Assembly (NCBI RefSeq): GCF_041886205.1
Contig: NZ_CP169029.1
Strand: one strand, 5' to 3'
Source of the DNA: Escherichia coli
Lineage (GTDB): Bacteria > Pseudomonadota > Gammaproteobacteria > Enterobacterales > Enterobacteriaceae
DNA: 64,000 nt
Below are positions 21,302-33,603 of the stretch, piece after piece (the stretch's first letter is position 1; the number at the start of each line of letters is the position of its first letter). The position numbers and the translations under genes were made by a program. The notes beneath the pieces are model-generated. The model was not told where the DNA came from. It was given only the letters and a program-made list of their open reading frames with translations, and made no database searches.

Positions 21302-21454
21302 CTACTTCTTCGGTTCGTAAGCGAGAACAGCCTTAAACTCAATATTACGTTCCTTCACCGTAAACTCACACAGCGAGTCGCCGACCAGAAGCGTAAATCC
21401 CAGCACCGTTAAACACAGTACTATGACTGCCGCAAGGGCATATTTCGTCAGCAT
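21302..21454 (-). CDS. hokE: Hok-family toxin HokE, copy B (V8A variant)
   Basis: [50 protein letters not shown]; 6 nucleotide differences from copy A, one non-synonymous; IS186 copy 2 lies 21 bp after the stop and IS150 71 bp before the ATG. Confidence 0.88.
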   Translation of the reverse strand: MLTKYALAAVIVLCLTVLGFTLLVGDSLCEFTVKERNIEFKAVLAYEPKK

Positions 21455-21551
21455 GTTTATATTGCCTCCATGCGAAGAAGGGACTACCATCCAAATTGTT
21501 CAGGTTTGGGTAGGTAGCCCTAGGGTGTACTGACCCCAAAAAGTTGGACAG

Positions 21552-22403
21552 TTAAACACGAGGCATATAGGTCTGATTCCGATATTCAATTGGAGTCAGA
21601 CCTTTTAATTTCAGGCTAATTCTTCTGCTGTTGTAGTATTCAATATATTCCGTAACAGCATCCTTCAGTTCGCTTATATTACTGAACTCATCAAGATAAA
21701 AACACTCCGACTTTAAGGTTCCAAAGAAACACTCCACCACAGCATTATCCAGACAATTGCCTTTTCTGGACATGCTTTGTTTAATACCATGTTCTTTAAG
21801 GATATTTTGATATCTTCTCATACGATACTGCCATCCCTGGTCAGAGTGCAGAACAGGATGCTCGTGAGGATTAAGCTTTTTGAATGCCTGATCGAGCATA
21901 TTCTCAACCATGTTCATCACTGGTCTTTCCGAAAGGCTGTAAGAAATAACTTCATTGTTGAAGAGATCTATTACTGGAGACAAATACAGCTTGCGCCCAT
22001 TGACTGCAAATTCAGTAACATCGGTAACCCACTTCTCGTTTGGCCGCGTAGCCTTGAAATCTCTTTGGAGAACATTGGGGGCGGTTTGCCCTACCTCTCT
22101 TCTGTAAGAGCGGTATCGCTTGACCTTAATCGCTGCCTTAAGTGAGAGGGTTCCCATCAGGCGCTGAACAGCTTTATGGTTAATCTGTTTCCCTTCTCGA
22201 TGAAGAGACAGCGTTACCCTACGGTATCCGTATCGGCCTCTATTCTCATGATAAATCTCACCAATACGCTTTTTAACGCCCGCATACTTGTCAGGCTTGC
22301 TGAGAGCCTTTAGATGGTAATAAAACGTACTGCGCGGTATCTCCGCAGCCCTGAGAAGCTCATCAAGAGGATAAAACTGCCTTAGCTCGTTGAGTACTTT
22401 CAC
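21552..22403 (-). CDS. insK: IS150 OrfB (transposase catalytic part, DDE)
   Basis: 283 aa [32 protein letters not shown]... Confidence 0.92.
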   Translation of the reverse strand: MKVLNELRQFYPLDELLRAAEIPRSTFYYHLKALSKPDKYAGVKKRIGEIYHENRGRYGYRRVTLSLHREGKQINHKAVQRLMGTLSLKAAIKVKRYRSYRREVGQTAPNVLQRDFKATRPNEKWVTDVTEFAVNGRKLYLSPVIDLFNNEVISYSLSERPVMNMVENMLDQAFKKLNPHEHPVLHSDQGWQYRMRRYQNILKEHGIKQSMSRKGNCLDNAVVECFFGTLKSECFYLDEFSNISELKDAVTEYIEYYNSRRISLKLKGLTPIEYRNQTYMPRV

Positions 22404-22921
22404 TTTTTCGTGGGATGAGCTAAGGCTTTCAGCTTTTTTAGATACACAAGCCGCGTTTCAAGAAATCGAACTTGCCTTTCAAGATCCTCAATGCGTCGGT
22501 CTTTTGACAGCTCCAATGCTGATGCCGCTTTTTCTGGATCAACTGATATTGCAATGTTTCTTTTGGTGCCAATCTTGAGCGCGCGTAAACCAGCTTCTCC
22601 GCGATCTTCATAAACCTTCAGCCACCTGGCTACAGAACCACTACCAGCAAGCATAAAGTGAGCAGCAGCCTGATTAAGGGACATGTGCTGCTCGATCACA
22701 GCTTTCACGACCTTAATACGCAACTCTGGATCAGCACTAACGCCTTTAGGTTTGGGAATTAAACCTTTTTCTCCATGTTTTTCATAGAGGGCAACCCATG
22801 TCCTGACCTGGGTTCGGGGGACACCAAAACGTGCCGAGATGATCCTGTAACCATCATCAGTTGTGAAGTAGTGATTCACGACTTCAAGGCGCTTTTCAAA
22901 AGGGTATTTTGGCTTTGACAT
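22400..22921 (-). CDS. insJ: IS150 OrfA (helix-turn-helix DNA-binding part)
   Basis: 173 aa MSKPKYPFEKRLEVVNHYFTTDDGYRIISARFGVPRTQVRTW. Confidence 0.92.
   Translation of the reverse strand: MSKPKYPFEKRLEVVNHYFTTDDGYRIISARFGVPRTQVRTWVALYEKHGEKGLIPKPKGVSADPELRIKVVKAVIEQHMSLNQAAAHFMLAGSGSVARWLKVYEDRGEAGLRALKIGTKRNIAISVDPEKAASALELSKDRRIEDLERQVRFLETRLVYLKKLKALAHPTKK
22433..22439 (-). other. IS150 programmed -1 ribosomal frameshift heptamer A-AAA-AAG
   Basis: Minus-strand AAAAAAG lies in the orfA zero frame as CTA-AAA-AAG, 33 nt upstream of the orfA stop, where the orfB frame overlaps. Confidence 0.75.
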
Positions 22922-23331
22922 ATTAGGGGCTATTCCATTTCATCGTCCAACAAAATGGGTGCAGTACAGGGTTGATAGAAATATCTCCTGGGGCTTCATC
23001 TTTCCAGACCTCAGAGTAAACCTGAAACCGGAAAGCTTCAGGCACCCGCCGTTATCTTACCCTTCCTCAACAAAATAGCTGTTTATTTATACAGTAAATC
23101 CTGTTTCGGACTTCTCACTCCTCATTTAATCAACTGAAGCTGAACCCGTTTTTTCTGCATGCCTCAATCGTCAAAATTCTTCGCCGCCAGCCAGCTAAGA
23201 CGCAACTGGTCACATTGCAAAAGTAGCCAAATTACTTCAGTCACCATCACCAAAAAAAAGAAACATTCCAGAACTTCCGCATCTCGCCCAGCCGCTCCCA
23301 CTTCTATACTGAATGGAAAACGCCAACATAA

Positions 23332-24459
<1,128 letters not shown>

Positions 24460-24524
24460 GCCGGGAATTGCCTTACAGAAGAATATCCCTGACAATGGTG
24501 TTTTAACTTACATTTAACAATGTT

Positions 24525-24773
24525 ATGAAACACCCTTTAGAAACCTTGACTACCGCAGCAGGCATTTTGCTGATGGCTTTCCTCTCTTGCCTGCTGCTGC
24601 CCGCCCCCGCACTGGGGCTGACGCTGGCACAAAAACTGGTGACCATGTTCCATCTGATGGATCTTAGCCAGCTTTACACTTTATTGTTTTGTCTGTGGTT
24701 TTTAGTGCTGGGCGCTATTGAGTATTTTGTTCTGCGCTTTATCTGGCGACGCTGGTTCTCGCTGGCGGATTAA
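24525..24773 (+). CDS. ybdJ: small inner membrane protein YbdJ (DUF1158)
   Basis: 82 aa, two hydrophobic segments. Confidence 0.8.
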
Positions 24774-24837
24774 ACGTCGAATATCGCCGTACTTCGCGGC
24801 ATACTTTGCTTATTCTCCTTCGCCTAAAGGAACGTTT

Positions 24838-25206
24838 ATGGATAAGCAATCACTGCACGAAACGGCGAAACGCCTAGCCCTTGAGTTACCCTTTGTCGAG
24901 CTTTGCTGGCCTTTTGGCCCGGAGTTCGATGTTTTTAAAATTGGCGGCAAAATTTTTATGCTGTCGTCGGAGCTGCGCGGCGTCCCCTTTATCAATCTGA
25001 AGTCCGATCCACAAAAATCCCTGTTAAATCAGCAGATATACCCGAGCATTAAGCCAGGGTATCACATGAATAAAAAGCACTGGATTTCGGTGTATCCCGG
25101 CGAGGAAATCTCCGAAGCGTTACTTCGCGATCTGATCAACGATTCGTGGAATCTGGTGGTTGATGGTCTGGCTAAACGCGATCAAAAAAGAGTGCGTCCA
25201 GGCTAA
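24838..25206 (+). CDS. ybdF: YjbR/DUF419-family protein YbdF
   Basis: [30 protein letters not shown]; 122 aa from the ATG at 24838. Confidence 0.82.
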
Positions 25207-25299
25207 AGCGGAAATCTATAGCGCATTTTTCTCGCTTACCATTTCTCGTTGAACCTTGTAATCTGCTGGCACGCAAAATTACTTTCACATGGAGTCTTT

Positions 25300-25953
25300 A
25301 TGGATATCATTTCTGTCGCCTTAAAGCGTCATTCCACTAAGGCATTTGATGCCAGTAAAAAACTTACCCCGGAACAGGCCGAGCAGATCAAAACTCTCCT
25401 GCAATACAGCCCATCCAGCACCAACTCCCAGCCGTGGCATTTTATTGTTGCCAGCACGGAAGAAGGTAAAGCGCGTGTTGCCAAATCCGCTGCCGGTAAT
25501 TATGTGTTCAACGAACGTAAAATACTTGATGCCTCGCACGTCGTGGTGTTCTGTGCAAAAACCGCGATGGACGATGCCTGGCTGAAGCTGGTTGTTGACC
25601 AGGAAGATGCTGATGGCCGCTTTGCCACGCCGGAAGCGAAAGCCGCGAACGATAAAGGTCGCAAGTTCTTCGCTGATATGCACCGTAAAGATCTGCATGA
25701 TGATGCAGAGTGGATGGCAAAACAGGTTTATCTCAACGTCGGTAACTTCCTGCTCGGCGTGGCGGCTCTGGGTCTGGACGCGGTACCCATCGAAGGTTTT
25801 GACGCCGCCATCCTCGATGCAGAATTTGGTCTGAAAGAGAAAGGCTACACCAGTCTGGTGGTTGTTCCGGTAGGTCATCACAGCGTTGAAGATTTTAACG
25901 CTACGCTGCCGAAATCACGTCTGCCGCAAAACATCACCTTAACCGAAGTGTAA
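25300..25953 (+). CDS. nfsB: oxygen-insensitive NAD(P)H nitroreductase NfsB
   Basis: [48 protein letters not shown]; 217 aa. Confidence 0.93.
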   Translation: MDIISVALKRHSTKAFDASKKLTPEQAEQIKTLLQYSPSSTNSQPWHFIVASTEEGKARVAKSAAGNYVFNERKILDASHVVVFCAKTAMDDAWLKLVVDQEDADGRFATPEAKAANDKGRKFFADMHRKDLHDDAEWMAKQVYLNVGNFLLGVAALGLDAVPIEGFDAAILDAEFGLKEKGYTSLVVVPVGHHSVEDFNATLPKSRLPQNITLTEV

Positions 25954-25962
25954 TTCTCTCTT

Positions 25963-25980
25963 GCCGGGCATCTGCCCGGC
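25963..25980 (+). terminator. intrinsic terminator candidate after nfsB
   Basis: gccgggcatctgcccggc GC-rich hairpin followed by tatttcccc. Confidence 0.5.
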
Positions 25981-26012
25981 TATTTCCCCTCAGATTCTCC
26001 TGATTTGCATAA

Positions 26013-27308
<1,296 letters not shown>

Positions 27309-27317
27309 TTAAAAAAA

Positions 27318-27344
27318 CCGCTCTCATCGAATGGATGAGAGCGG
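27318..27344. terminator. bidirectional intrinsic terminator between convergent ybdG and pheP
   Basis: ccgctctcatc-gaatg-gatgagagcgg hairpin flanked by aaaaaaa on one side and cgttttg on the other. Confidence 0.7.
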
Positions 27345-27375
27345 ACATCGTTTTGTCGGATGTAGCGTGAATGCC

Positions 27376-28752
27376 TTATTTCCGACGCAGCGTTTTAAAT
27401 GCCACAAACAGGAATACAATCCACACCGGCAGCAGGATCGCTGACAAGCGCATATCATCCATCGTGCACATCAGCAGCAAAATCATGCCGAGGAAGGCAA
27501 TGCAAAGATAGTTGCCGAACGGATAGAGCAGCGCCTTAAACTGTGTTTCACGCCCCTGACGTCGCATCGCTGCACGAAAACGCAGATGCGCCAGGCAGAT
27601 CATAATCCAGTTCAACAGCAGCGTTGCTACCACCAGCGCCATCAGCAGACCAAACGCTTTTTGCGGCAGCAGATAGTTGATTAATACCACCAGCGAAGTG
27701 ATCGCTCCGGAAAGCATCAGCGAATTAATCGGCACACCGCGACGGCTGACGCGAGTCAAAAACTTCGGCGCATTACCCTGCACAGAAAGGCCAAACAGCA
27801 TGCGGCTGTTAGAGTAAACCCCGCTGTTATACACTGACAGCGATGCTACCAGAATGACAAAGTTCAGCGCAGAAGCTACCACGTTGCTGTCGAGATTATG
27901 GAAAATCATCACAAACGGGCTACTGTTGGATTTCACTTCCACCCACGGATAGAGCGCCAGTAAAACCACCAGTGAGCCGATGTAAAACAGCAGGATGCGA
28001 TACACCACCTGATTTACCGCTTTTGGAATGCTTTTTTCCGGATCGCGCGCTTCAGCGGCAGTAATCCCAATCAGCTCCAGACCGCCGAAGGAGAACATAA
28101 TTACCGCCAGCGACAAAATCAGCCCATTCCAGCCGGTGGCAAAGAAACCACCGTAGCGCCAGAGGTTGTCGATACTGGCTTTCTCGCCGCCGTGACCAGA
28201 AAACATCAGCCACAGGCCAAAGCCGATCATACCGATGATCGCCAGCACTTTAATCAGCGCAAACCAGAACTCGGTTTCACCATATAAGCGCACGTTCACC
28301 AGGTTAACGGCGTTGATGATAATAAAGAAGGCGGCAGCCCAAATCCACGTTGGAACATCCGGGAACCAGTACTGCATATAGATGCCCGCAGCGGTCAGCT
28401 CTGCCATTCCCACCAGCACGAACATTACCCAGTAGTTCCAGCCAGAGAGGAAGCCCGCAAACGGTCCCCAGTATTTATAGGCAAAGTGGGCAAATGAACC
28501 GGATACCGGCTCTTCGACCACCATCTCGCCAAGCTGGCGCATAATCAGGAAAGCGATGATCCCGGCGACGCCGTAGCCCAGCAATACAGCCGGACCCGCC
28601 ATCTGAATCGCCGGACCAATGCCAAGAAACAGACCAGTACCAATTGCGCCACCCAGCGCAATCAGTTGAATATGACGGTTATGTAATCCGCGATGAAGCG
28701 TCGGCTCTTGATTCGACGCAGTATCTTCCGATACGGTTGACGCGTTTTTCAC
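27376..28752 (-). CDS. pheP: phenylalanine-specific permease PheP (APC family)
   Basis: ORF ...KNASTVSEDTASNQEPTLHRGLHNRHIQLIALGGAIGTGLF; 458 aa from the GTG at 28752, the track ORF starts at an upstream ATG (28788). Confidence 0.9.
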   Translation of the reverse strand: MKNASTVSEDTASNQEPTLHRGLHNRHIQLIALGGAIGTGLFLGIGPAIQMAGPAVLLGYGVAGIIAFLIMRQLGEMVVEEPVSGSFAHFAYKYWGPFAGFLSGWNYWVMFVLVGMAELTAAGIYMQYWFPDVPTWIWAAAFFIIINAVNLVNVRLYGETEFWFALIKVLAIIGMIGFGLWLMFSGHGGEKASIDNLWRYGGFFATGWNGLILSLAVIMFSFGGLELIGITAAEARDPEKSIPKAVNQVVYRILLFYIGSLVVLLALYPWVEVKSNSSPFVMIFHNLDSNVVASALNFVILVASLSVYNSGVYSNSRMLFGLSVQGNAPKFLTRVSRRGVPINSLMLSGAITSLVVLINYLLPQKAFGLLMALVVATLLLNWIMICLAHLRFRAAMRRQGRETQFKALLYPFGNYLCIAFLGMILLLMCTMDDMRLSAILLPVWIVFLFVAFKTLRRK

Positions 28753-28853
28753 GCCTTTCCCCTGTGTGTCTTTTTTGTTGAGGGGCACCTTTTAACATTT
28801 AGTGCCCATCGTCGCAAGACACAATCCACACGGTTAAACGGGGTATCCTGCTT

Positions 28854-31800
28854 TTATTTCCGTACCCGATGTCGGTGCAGCCACATCAGCTTATACGCCG
28901 CCGGGATAATAAACAGCGACAGCAAAGGTGCGGTGATCATGCCGCCAATCATCGGTGCGGCAATCCGGCTCATCACCTCTGAACCAGCCCCCGTTCCCCA
29001 CAGAATCGGCAGCAGACCGGCGATAATCACCGCCACCGTCATCGCTTTCGGGCGCACGCGCAGTACCGCGCCGTGATACAACGCCTCATCCAGCTTCTGC
29101 TCACTGAATGTTTGCGGATTATTCAACGACGGCTCGGCCTCTATGGCGTGACGTAAATACATCAGCATCACCACGCCAAATTCGGCAGCGACCCCGGCAA
29201 GGGCAATAAAACCGGTGCCCGTTGCCACAGAAAGATGAAAGCCCATCCACCACAGCAACCAGATGCCGCCCACCAGCGCAAACGGTACGCTGCTGATAAT
29301 CAGCAACGCTTCGCCCACCCGACGGAATGCCAGATACAACAGCACGAAGATGATCATCAGTGTCATCGGCACCATGAGTTTCAGCTTATGGTTGGCGCGC
29401 TCCAGTAGCTCGAACTGCCCGGAGAATGCCACGCTGGTGCCCGGTTTTAACTGCACTTTTTCAGCTATCGCTTTTTGCAAATCGTGAACCACCGACACCA
29501 TGTCACGATCGCGGGCATCGATATAAATCCAGCTCGTCGGGCGCGCATTCTCGGTTTTCAGCATCGACGGTCCGGTAGAGACTTTAATGTCGGCCACGTC
29601 TGCCAGGGTGATTTGCTGCTTCATCGGCGTCAGGATCGGCAGCTGGCGCAGTGCCTGCGGACTATCGCGCCAGCTTTGCGGATAACGCAGATTAATTGGA
29701 TAACGGGCAATCCCTTCCACCGTTTCGCCAACCATCGCCCCGCCCACCGCAGAAGTCACAAACAACTGCACATCCGCCACCGTCATACCGTAACGTGCGG
29801 CTTTTTCACGGTTAATCTCAACGTTGATATAGCGCCCACCTTCCAGCCGCTCGGCAAGCGCAGAAGCTACGCCTGGCACCGTTCGCGCCACTTCTTCAAT
29901 TTGCTCCGCCATCGCGTCGATATCCGCCAGCACAGTGCCGGAAACTTTAATGCCGATGGGGCTTTTAATGCCGGTTGAGAGCATATCGATACGGTTACGA
30001 ATTGGCGGCACCCACAGATTCGCCAGCCCCGGCAGACGCACGGTGTTATCCAGTTCCTCAATGATTTTGTCCATCGTCATGCCTGGCCGCCACTGCTCCT
30101 GCGGCTTAAGCTGGATGGTCGTTTCTACCATCTCCAGCGGAGCAGAATCGGTGGCGGTTTCCGCTTTCCCGGTTTTGCCAAATACCCGCGCCACTTCAGG
30201 TACGCTCATAATTAGCTTGTCGGTTTTTTGCAGCATACTCGCCGCCTCTGCTGCGGAAATCCCCGGCAGCGTCGATGGCATATACAACAAGTCGCCTTCA
30301 TTGATCTGCGGTAAAAATTCCCCGCCAACTTTATTGAGCGGCCAGAGAACCGTCAGCACCGAAAGCGCCGCCACCAGCAGCGTGGTTTTCGGCCAGTGCA
30401 GTACTTTCAGCAACAGCGGATGATAAACACGAATCAAAAAGCGATTGAGCGGGTTACTGCTTTCCGGCGGAATTTTGCCACGGATCCAGTAGCCCATCAG
30501 GATCGGGATCACTACGATCGCCAGCAGCGCCGCACCCGCCATCGCATACGTTTTGGTGAACGCCAACGGGCCAAACAGACGCCCTTCCTGCCCTTCCAGG
30601 GTGAAGATCGGGATAAACGACAACGTGATAATCAGCAGACTGATAAATAGCGCCGGCCCCACTTCAACAGACGCATCGGTGATCACCTGCCAGCGCGTTT
30701 TATTATCCAGCGTGGCGTCAGGATGCTGGTGCTGCCACTCTTCCAGCCGTTTATGTGCATTTTCGATCATGACGATAGCGGCATCGACCATCGCCCCGAC
30801 GGCAATCGCAATGCCGCCCAACGACATAATATTGGCATTCAGTCCCTGGAAGTGCATGACAATAAAAGCAATACACAACCCCAGCGGCAACGAAATAATC
30901 GCCACCAGCGCCGAGCGCACATGCCAGAGAAACAGCGCACAGACTACCGCCACCACAATAAACTCTTCCAGCAACTTGCCGCTGAGGTTGTCGATGGCGC
31001 GGTCAATGAGCTGGCTGCGATCGTATGTTGTAACTATCTCCACGCCTTCCGGCAGACTACTTTTCAGCGTTTCCAGTTTGTCCTTCACGGAGGCGATCAC
31101 TTCTCGGGCGTTTTTGCCGGAGCGCAGGATCACCACCCCGCCCGCCACTTCACCTTCGCCATTCAGTTCGGCAATGCCCCGGCGCATCTCCGGGCCAATC
31201 TGGACCTTCGCAACATCACGCAGATAAACGGGCACGCCATTTTCACTGGCTTTTAAAACGATGTGATTAAAGTCGTCGAGCGTTTGCAGATAGCCGCTGG
31301 CGCGCACCATATATTCCGCTTCCGCCAGTTCGATCGACGAACCGCCCGCTTCCTGGTTTGAAGCATCCAGCGCGCTTTTTACTTCGGCGAGACTGATGCC
31401 ATATTGCGCCAGGCGCTGGGGATCGATAATCACCTGATACTCTTTCACCACACCGCCCACCGACGCCACTTCCGCAACGTCAGGGATGGTTTTCAGCTCA
31501 TATTTGAGAAACCAGTCCTGCAATGAGCGTAAATCGGCAAGATCGTGCTTACCGCTGCGATCCACCAGTGCATATTCATAGATCCAGCCAACACCCGTGG
31601 CATCTGGCCCCAGCTCGGCGCTGACTCCCGCAGGCAGCTTACCCTGTACCTGGTTGAGGTACTCCAGCACCCGCGAGCGCGCCCAGTATGGATCGGTGCC
31701 ATCTTCGAAAATGACATACACATAAGAGTCGCCAAACTGTGAGAAACCGCGCACAGTCTTCGCGCCAGGCACCGACAACATCGTGGTGGTTAGCGGATAA

Positions 31801-31997
31801 GTCACCTGATTTTCAACGATTTGCGGTGCCTGACCGGGATAGCTGGTTTTAATAATCACCTGTACATCGGAGAGATCCGGCAGCGCATCCACTGGCGTGT
31901 TAATGATGGTCCAGGTGCCCCAGATACTCAGAAACAACGCGCCCATCAGTACCAGAAAACGGTTCGCCACCGAGCGACGAATAATCCATTCAATCAT
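28854..31997 (-). CDS. cusA: RND copper/silver efflux pump CusA
   Basis: 1047 aa [33 protein letters not shown] architecture. Confidence 0.95.
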   Translation of the reverse strand: MIEWIIRRSVANRFLVLMGALFLSIWGTWTIINTPVDALPDLSDVQVIIKTSYPGQAPQIVENQVTYPLTTTMLSVPGAKTVRGFSQFGDSYVYVIFEDGTDPYWARSRVLEYLNQVQGKLPAGVSAELGPDATGVGWIYEYALVDRSGKHDLADLRSLQDWFLKYELKTIPDVAEVASVGGVVKEYQVIIDPQRLAQYGISLAEVKSALDASNQEAGGSSIELAEAEYMVRASGYLQTLDDFNHIVLKASENGVPVYLRDVAKVQIGPEMRRGIAELNGEGEVAGGVVILRSGKNAREVIASVKDKLETLKSSLPEGVEIVTTYDRSQLIDRAIDNLSGKLLEEFIVVAVVCALFLWHVRSALVAIISLPLGLCIAFIVMHFQGLNANIMSLGGIAIAVGAMVDAAIVMIENAHKRLEEWQHQHPDATLDNKTRWQVITDASVEVGPALFISLLIITLSFIPIFTLEGQEGRLFGPLAFTKTYAMAGAALLAIVVIPILMGYWIRGKIPPESSNPLNRFLIRVYHPLLLKVLHWPKTTLLVAALSVLTVLWPLNKVGGEFLPQINEGDLLYMPSTLPGISAAEAASMLQKTDKLIMSVPEVARVFGKTGKAETATDSAPLEMVETTIQLKPQEQWRPGMTMDKIIEELDNTVRLPGLANLWVPPIRNRIDMLSTGIKSPIGIKVSGTVLADIDAMAEQIEEVARTVPGVASALAERLEGGRYINVEINREKAARYGMTVADVQLFVTSAVGGAMVGETVEGIARYPINLRYPQSWRDSPQALRQLPILTPMKQQITLADVADIKVSTGPSMLKTENARPTSWIYIDARDRDMVSVVHDLQKAIAEKVQLKPGTSVAFSGQFELLERANHKLKLMVPMTLMIIFVLLYLAFRRVGEALLIISSVPFALVGGIWLLWWMGFHLSVATGTGFIALAGVAAEFGVVMLMYLRHAIEAEPSLNNPQTFSEQKLDEALYHGAVLRVRPKAMTVAVIIAGLLPILWGTGAGSEVMSRIAAPMIGGMITAPLLSLFIIPAAYKLMWLHRHRVRK

Positions 31998-32008
31998 TGG
32001 TTATTCCC

Positions 32009-33232
32009 TCAATGCGCATGGATAGCACTTTCAGAGCGCATCCGCTCCAGTGCGCCAGAAATATTGGCTTCGGAATCAATCAGGAACAGGCCGCTGGAAA
32101 CCACCTTTTCACCTTCCGCCAGACCAGAGCGTAATGCGGTGACACCTTGCGATGCCTGGAAAACGGCAACGCGTTTCGGTACAAAGCGCCCGTCGGCATC
32201 AACGGTAATCACCCGCTGTTCGCTGCCGGTATCAATCAGCGCTTGTGACGGAATGAGCAGCATCGGTTCGCTGGCGGTATTGAGTTGCAACCAGGCGTTC
32301 ATGCCCGGTTTTAGCGCCTCGTCGGCGTTGTCGACTTCCAGACGCAGCTGCAGCGTGCGGGTCGCGGCATCCACGCCGGGTAGCAGCGTCCATTTGCGGA
32401 TGGTGAGCGTTTTATCCGGTCGTGCCGGAACGGTGAGCGTAAACTGCGAGGCATCTTTCACCAGCCAGGCGATAGACTCCGGGATCGCAGCAGTGACCCA
32501 CACCGGGTCCATACCCTGAATTTTCGCTACCACGTTATCTTTGGCGATATTCATTCCCGCGCGCAGATCAAACGCGATGATCACGCCATCAATGGGTGCT
32601 TTGAGCGTAAAGCGAGTCTGGATTTTTTGCGTGGCGATCAGGCGGCGAATATCCGCCTCCGGCATTCCCGCCAGTCGCAGCCGCTCAAGAATGCCTTCAG
32701 TCTGGGTCGCCGTACCGCCGGTTTCGCGCAGCAGTAAATACTCACTCTGCGCTTCCACCCAGTCGGGAATGGTCAGGTCGAGAAGCGGTGTGCCCTTTTG
32801 TACTTTATCGCCCACGGTAAGCGGATACACCTTGTCGATAAACCCGGCAGCGCGAGCCTGCACAATGGCATACTGATACTCGTTGTAACTGACATTCGCC
32901 GGGAAACTCTGGGCAAAAGTCAGCGGCCCGCGCGTGACGGTAGCCGTTTTCACCCCCAGATTCTGCGTCTGAGTCGGGTCAATGCGCACACCAGACGCAG
33001 AACTCTCTTCATCGGCATATTTCGGCACCAGATCCATATCCATAAACGGCGATTTACCTGGTTTATCGAACCGCGTATTGGGATACATCGGGTCGTACCA
33101 GAATAAAATTTTACGTTCTGCGGTCGGCGTTTTTTCTGCGTGCTGTTCCGCCTGGTCAAACCAGGTAAAACCTGCCGCAGAAATAATACCGCCCGCGATC
33201 ATGCTGCCGATAATAAGCGCGATTTTTTTCAT
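32009..33232 (-). CDS. cusB: membrane fusion protein CusB
   Basis: 407 aa MKKIALIIGSMIAGGIISAAGFTWFD. Confidence 0.93.
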   Translation of the reverse strand: MKKIALIIGSMIAGGIISAAGFTWFDQAEQHAEKTPTAERKILFWYDPMYPNTRFDKPGKSPFMDMDLVPKYADEESSASGVRIDPTQTQNLGVKTATVTRGPLTFAQSFPANVSYNEYQYAIVQARAAGFIDKVYPLTVGDKVQKGTPLLDLTIPDWVEAQSEYLLLRETGGTATQTEGILERLRLAGMPEADIRRLIATQKIQTRFTLKAPIDGVIIAFDLRAGMNIAKDNVVAKIQGMDPVWVTAAIPESIAWLVKDASQFTLTVPARPDKTLTIRKWTLLPGVDAATRTLQLRLEVDNADEALKPGMNAWLQLNTASEPMLLIPSQALIDTGSEQRVITVDADGRFVPKRVAVFQASQGVTALRSGLAEGEKVVSSGLFLIDSEANISGALERMRSESAIHAH

Positions 33233-33247
33233 CTCATTAAACCTGGG

Positions 33248-33580
33248 TTACTGGCTGACTTTAATATCCTGTAATAAAGAAAGGTTGCCCTGCTGGACAA
33301 AATTAAACGCCACTTTGTCGCCGGTTTTAATTTCACTCATTTTCGTCTGCGGGGTGATGGTAAAGCGCATAGTCATCTCCGGCCAGTTCACGGCAGCAAT
33401 CGGATCGTGATGGATGGTGATTTTTTTGCTTTCCAGATCAATACCCTTTACCACGCCAGTGGCGCTAATAACCTGCGGTTGTACTTCGCTCATGGTTTCA
33501 TGATGATGTTCGTTAGCCTGGGCATTAAAGCCAATAACGGTAAACAGACTGAACATTGCGACTTGCAGTGCTTTTTTCAT
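33248..33580 (-). CDS. cusF: periplasmic copper chaperone CusF
   Basis: 110 aa with signal peptide and His/Met/Trp metal site region (HHHETM... MTMRF). Confidence 0.93.
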   Translation of the reverse strand: MKKALQVAMFSLFTVIGFNAQANEHHHETMSEVQPQVISATGVVKGIDLESKKITIHHDPIAAVNWPEMTMRFTITPQTKMSEIKTGDKVAFNFVQQGNLSLLQDIKVSQ

Positions 33581-33603
33581 TTATTCTCTCCTGGAGTTAA
33601 AAA

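Larger units (their letters stand above)
21526..22968 (-). mobile_element. IS150 (IS3 family), complete 1443 bp, inserted in the leader of hok module B
   Basis: Ends tgtactgacccc and ggtgcagtaca (TG...CA); flanked by a 3 bp direct repeat ggg (21523-21525 and 22969-22971); carries orfA and orfB with a slippery site. Confidence 0.92.

Noticed and set aside
29475-31256. Several 160-230 aa plus-strand ORFs antisense to cusA
   Set aside because: All lie within the cusA coding region on the opposite strand and have arginine/histidine-rich compositions typical of non-coding frames.
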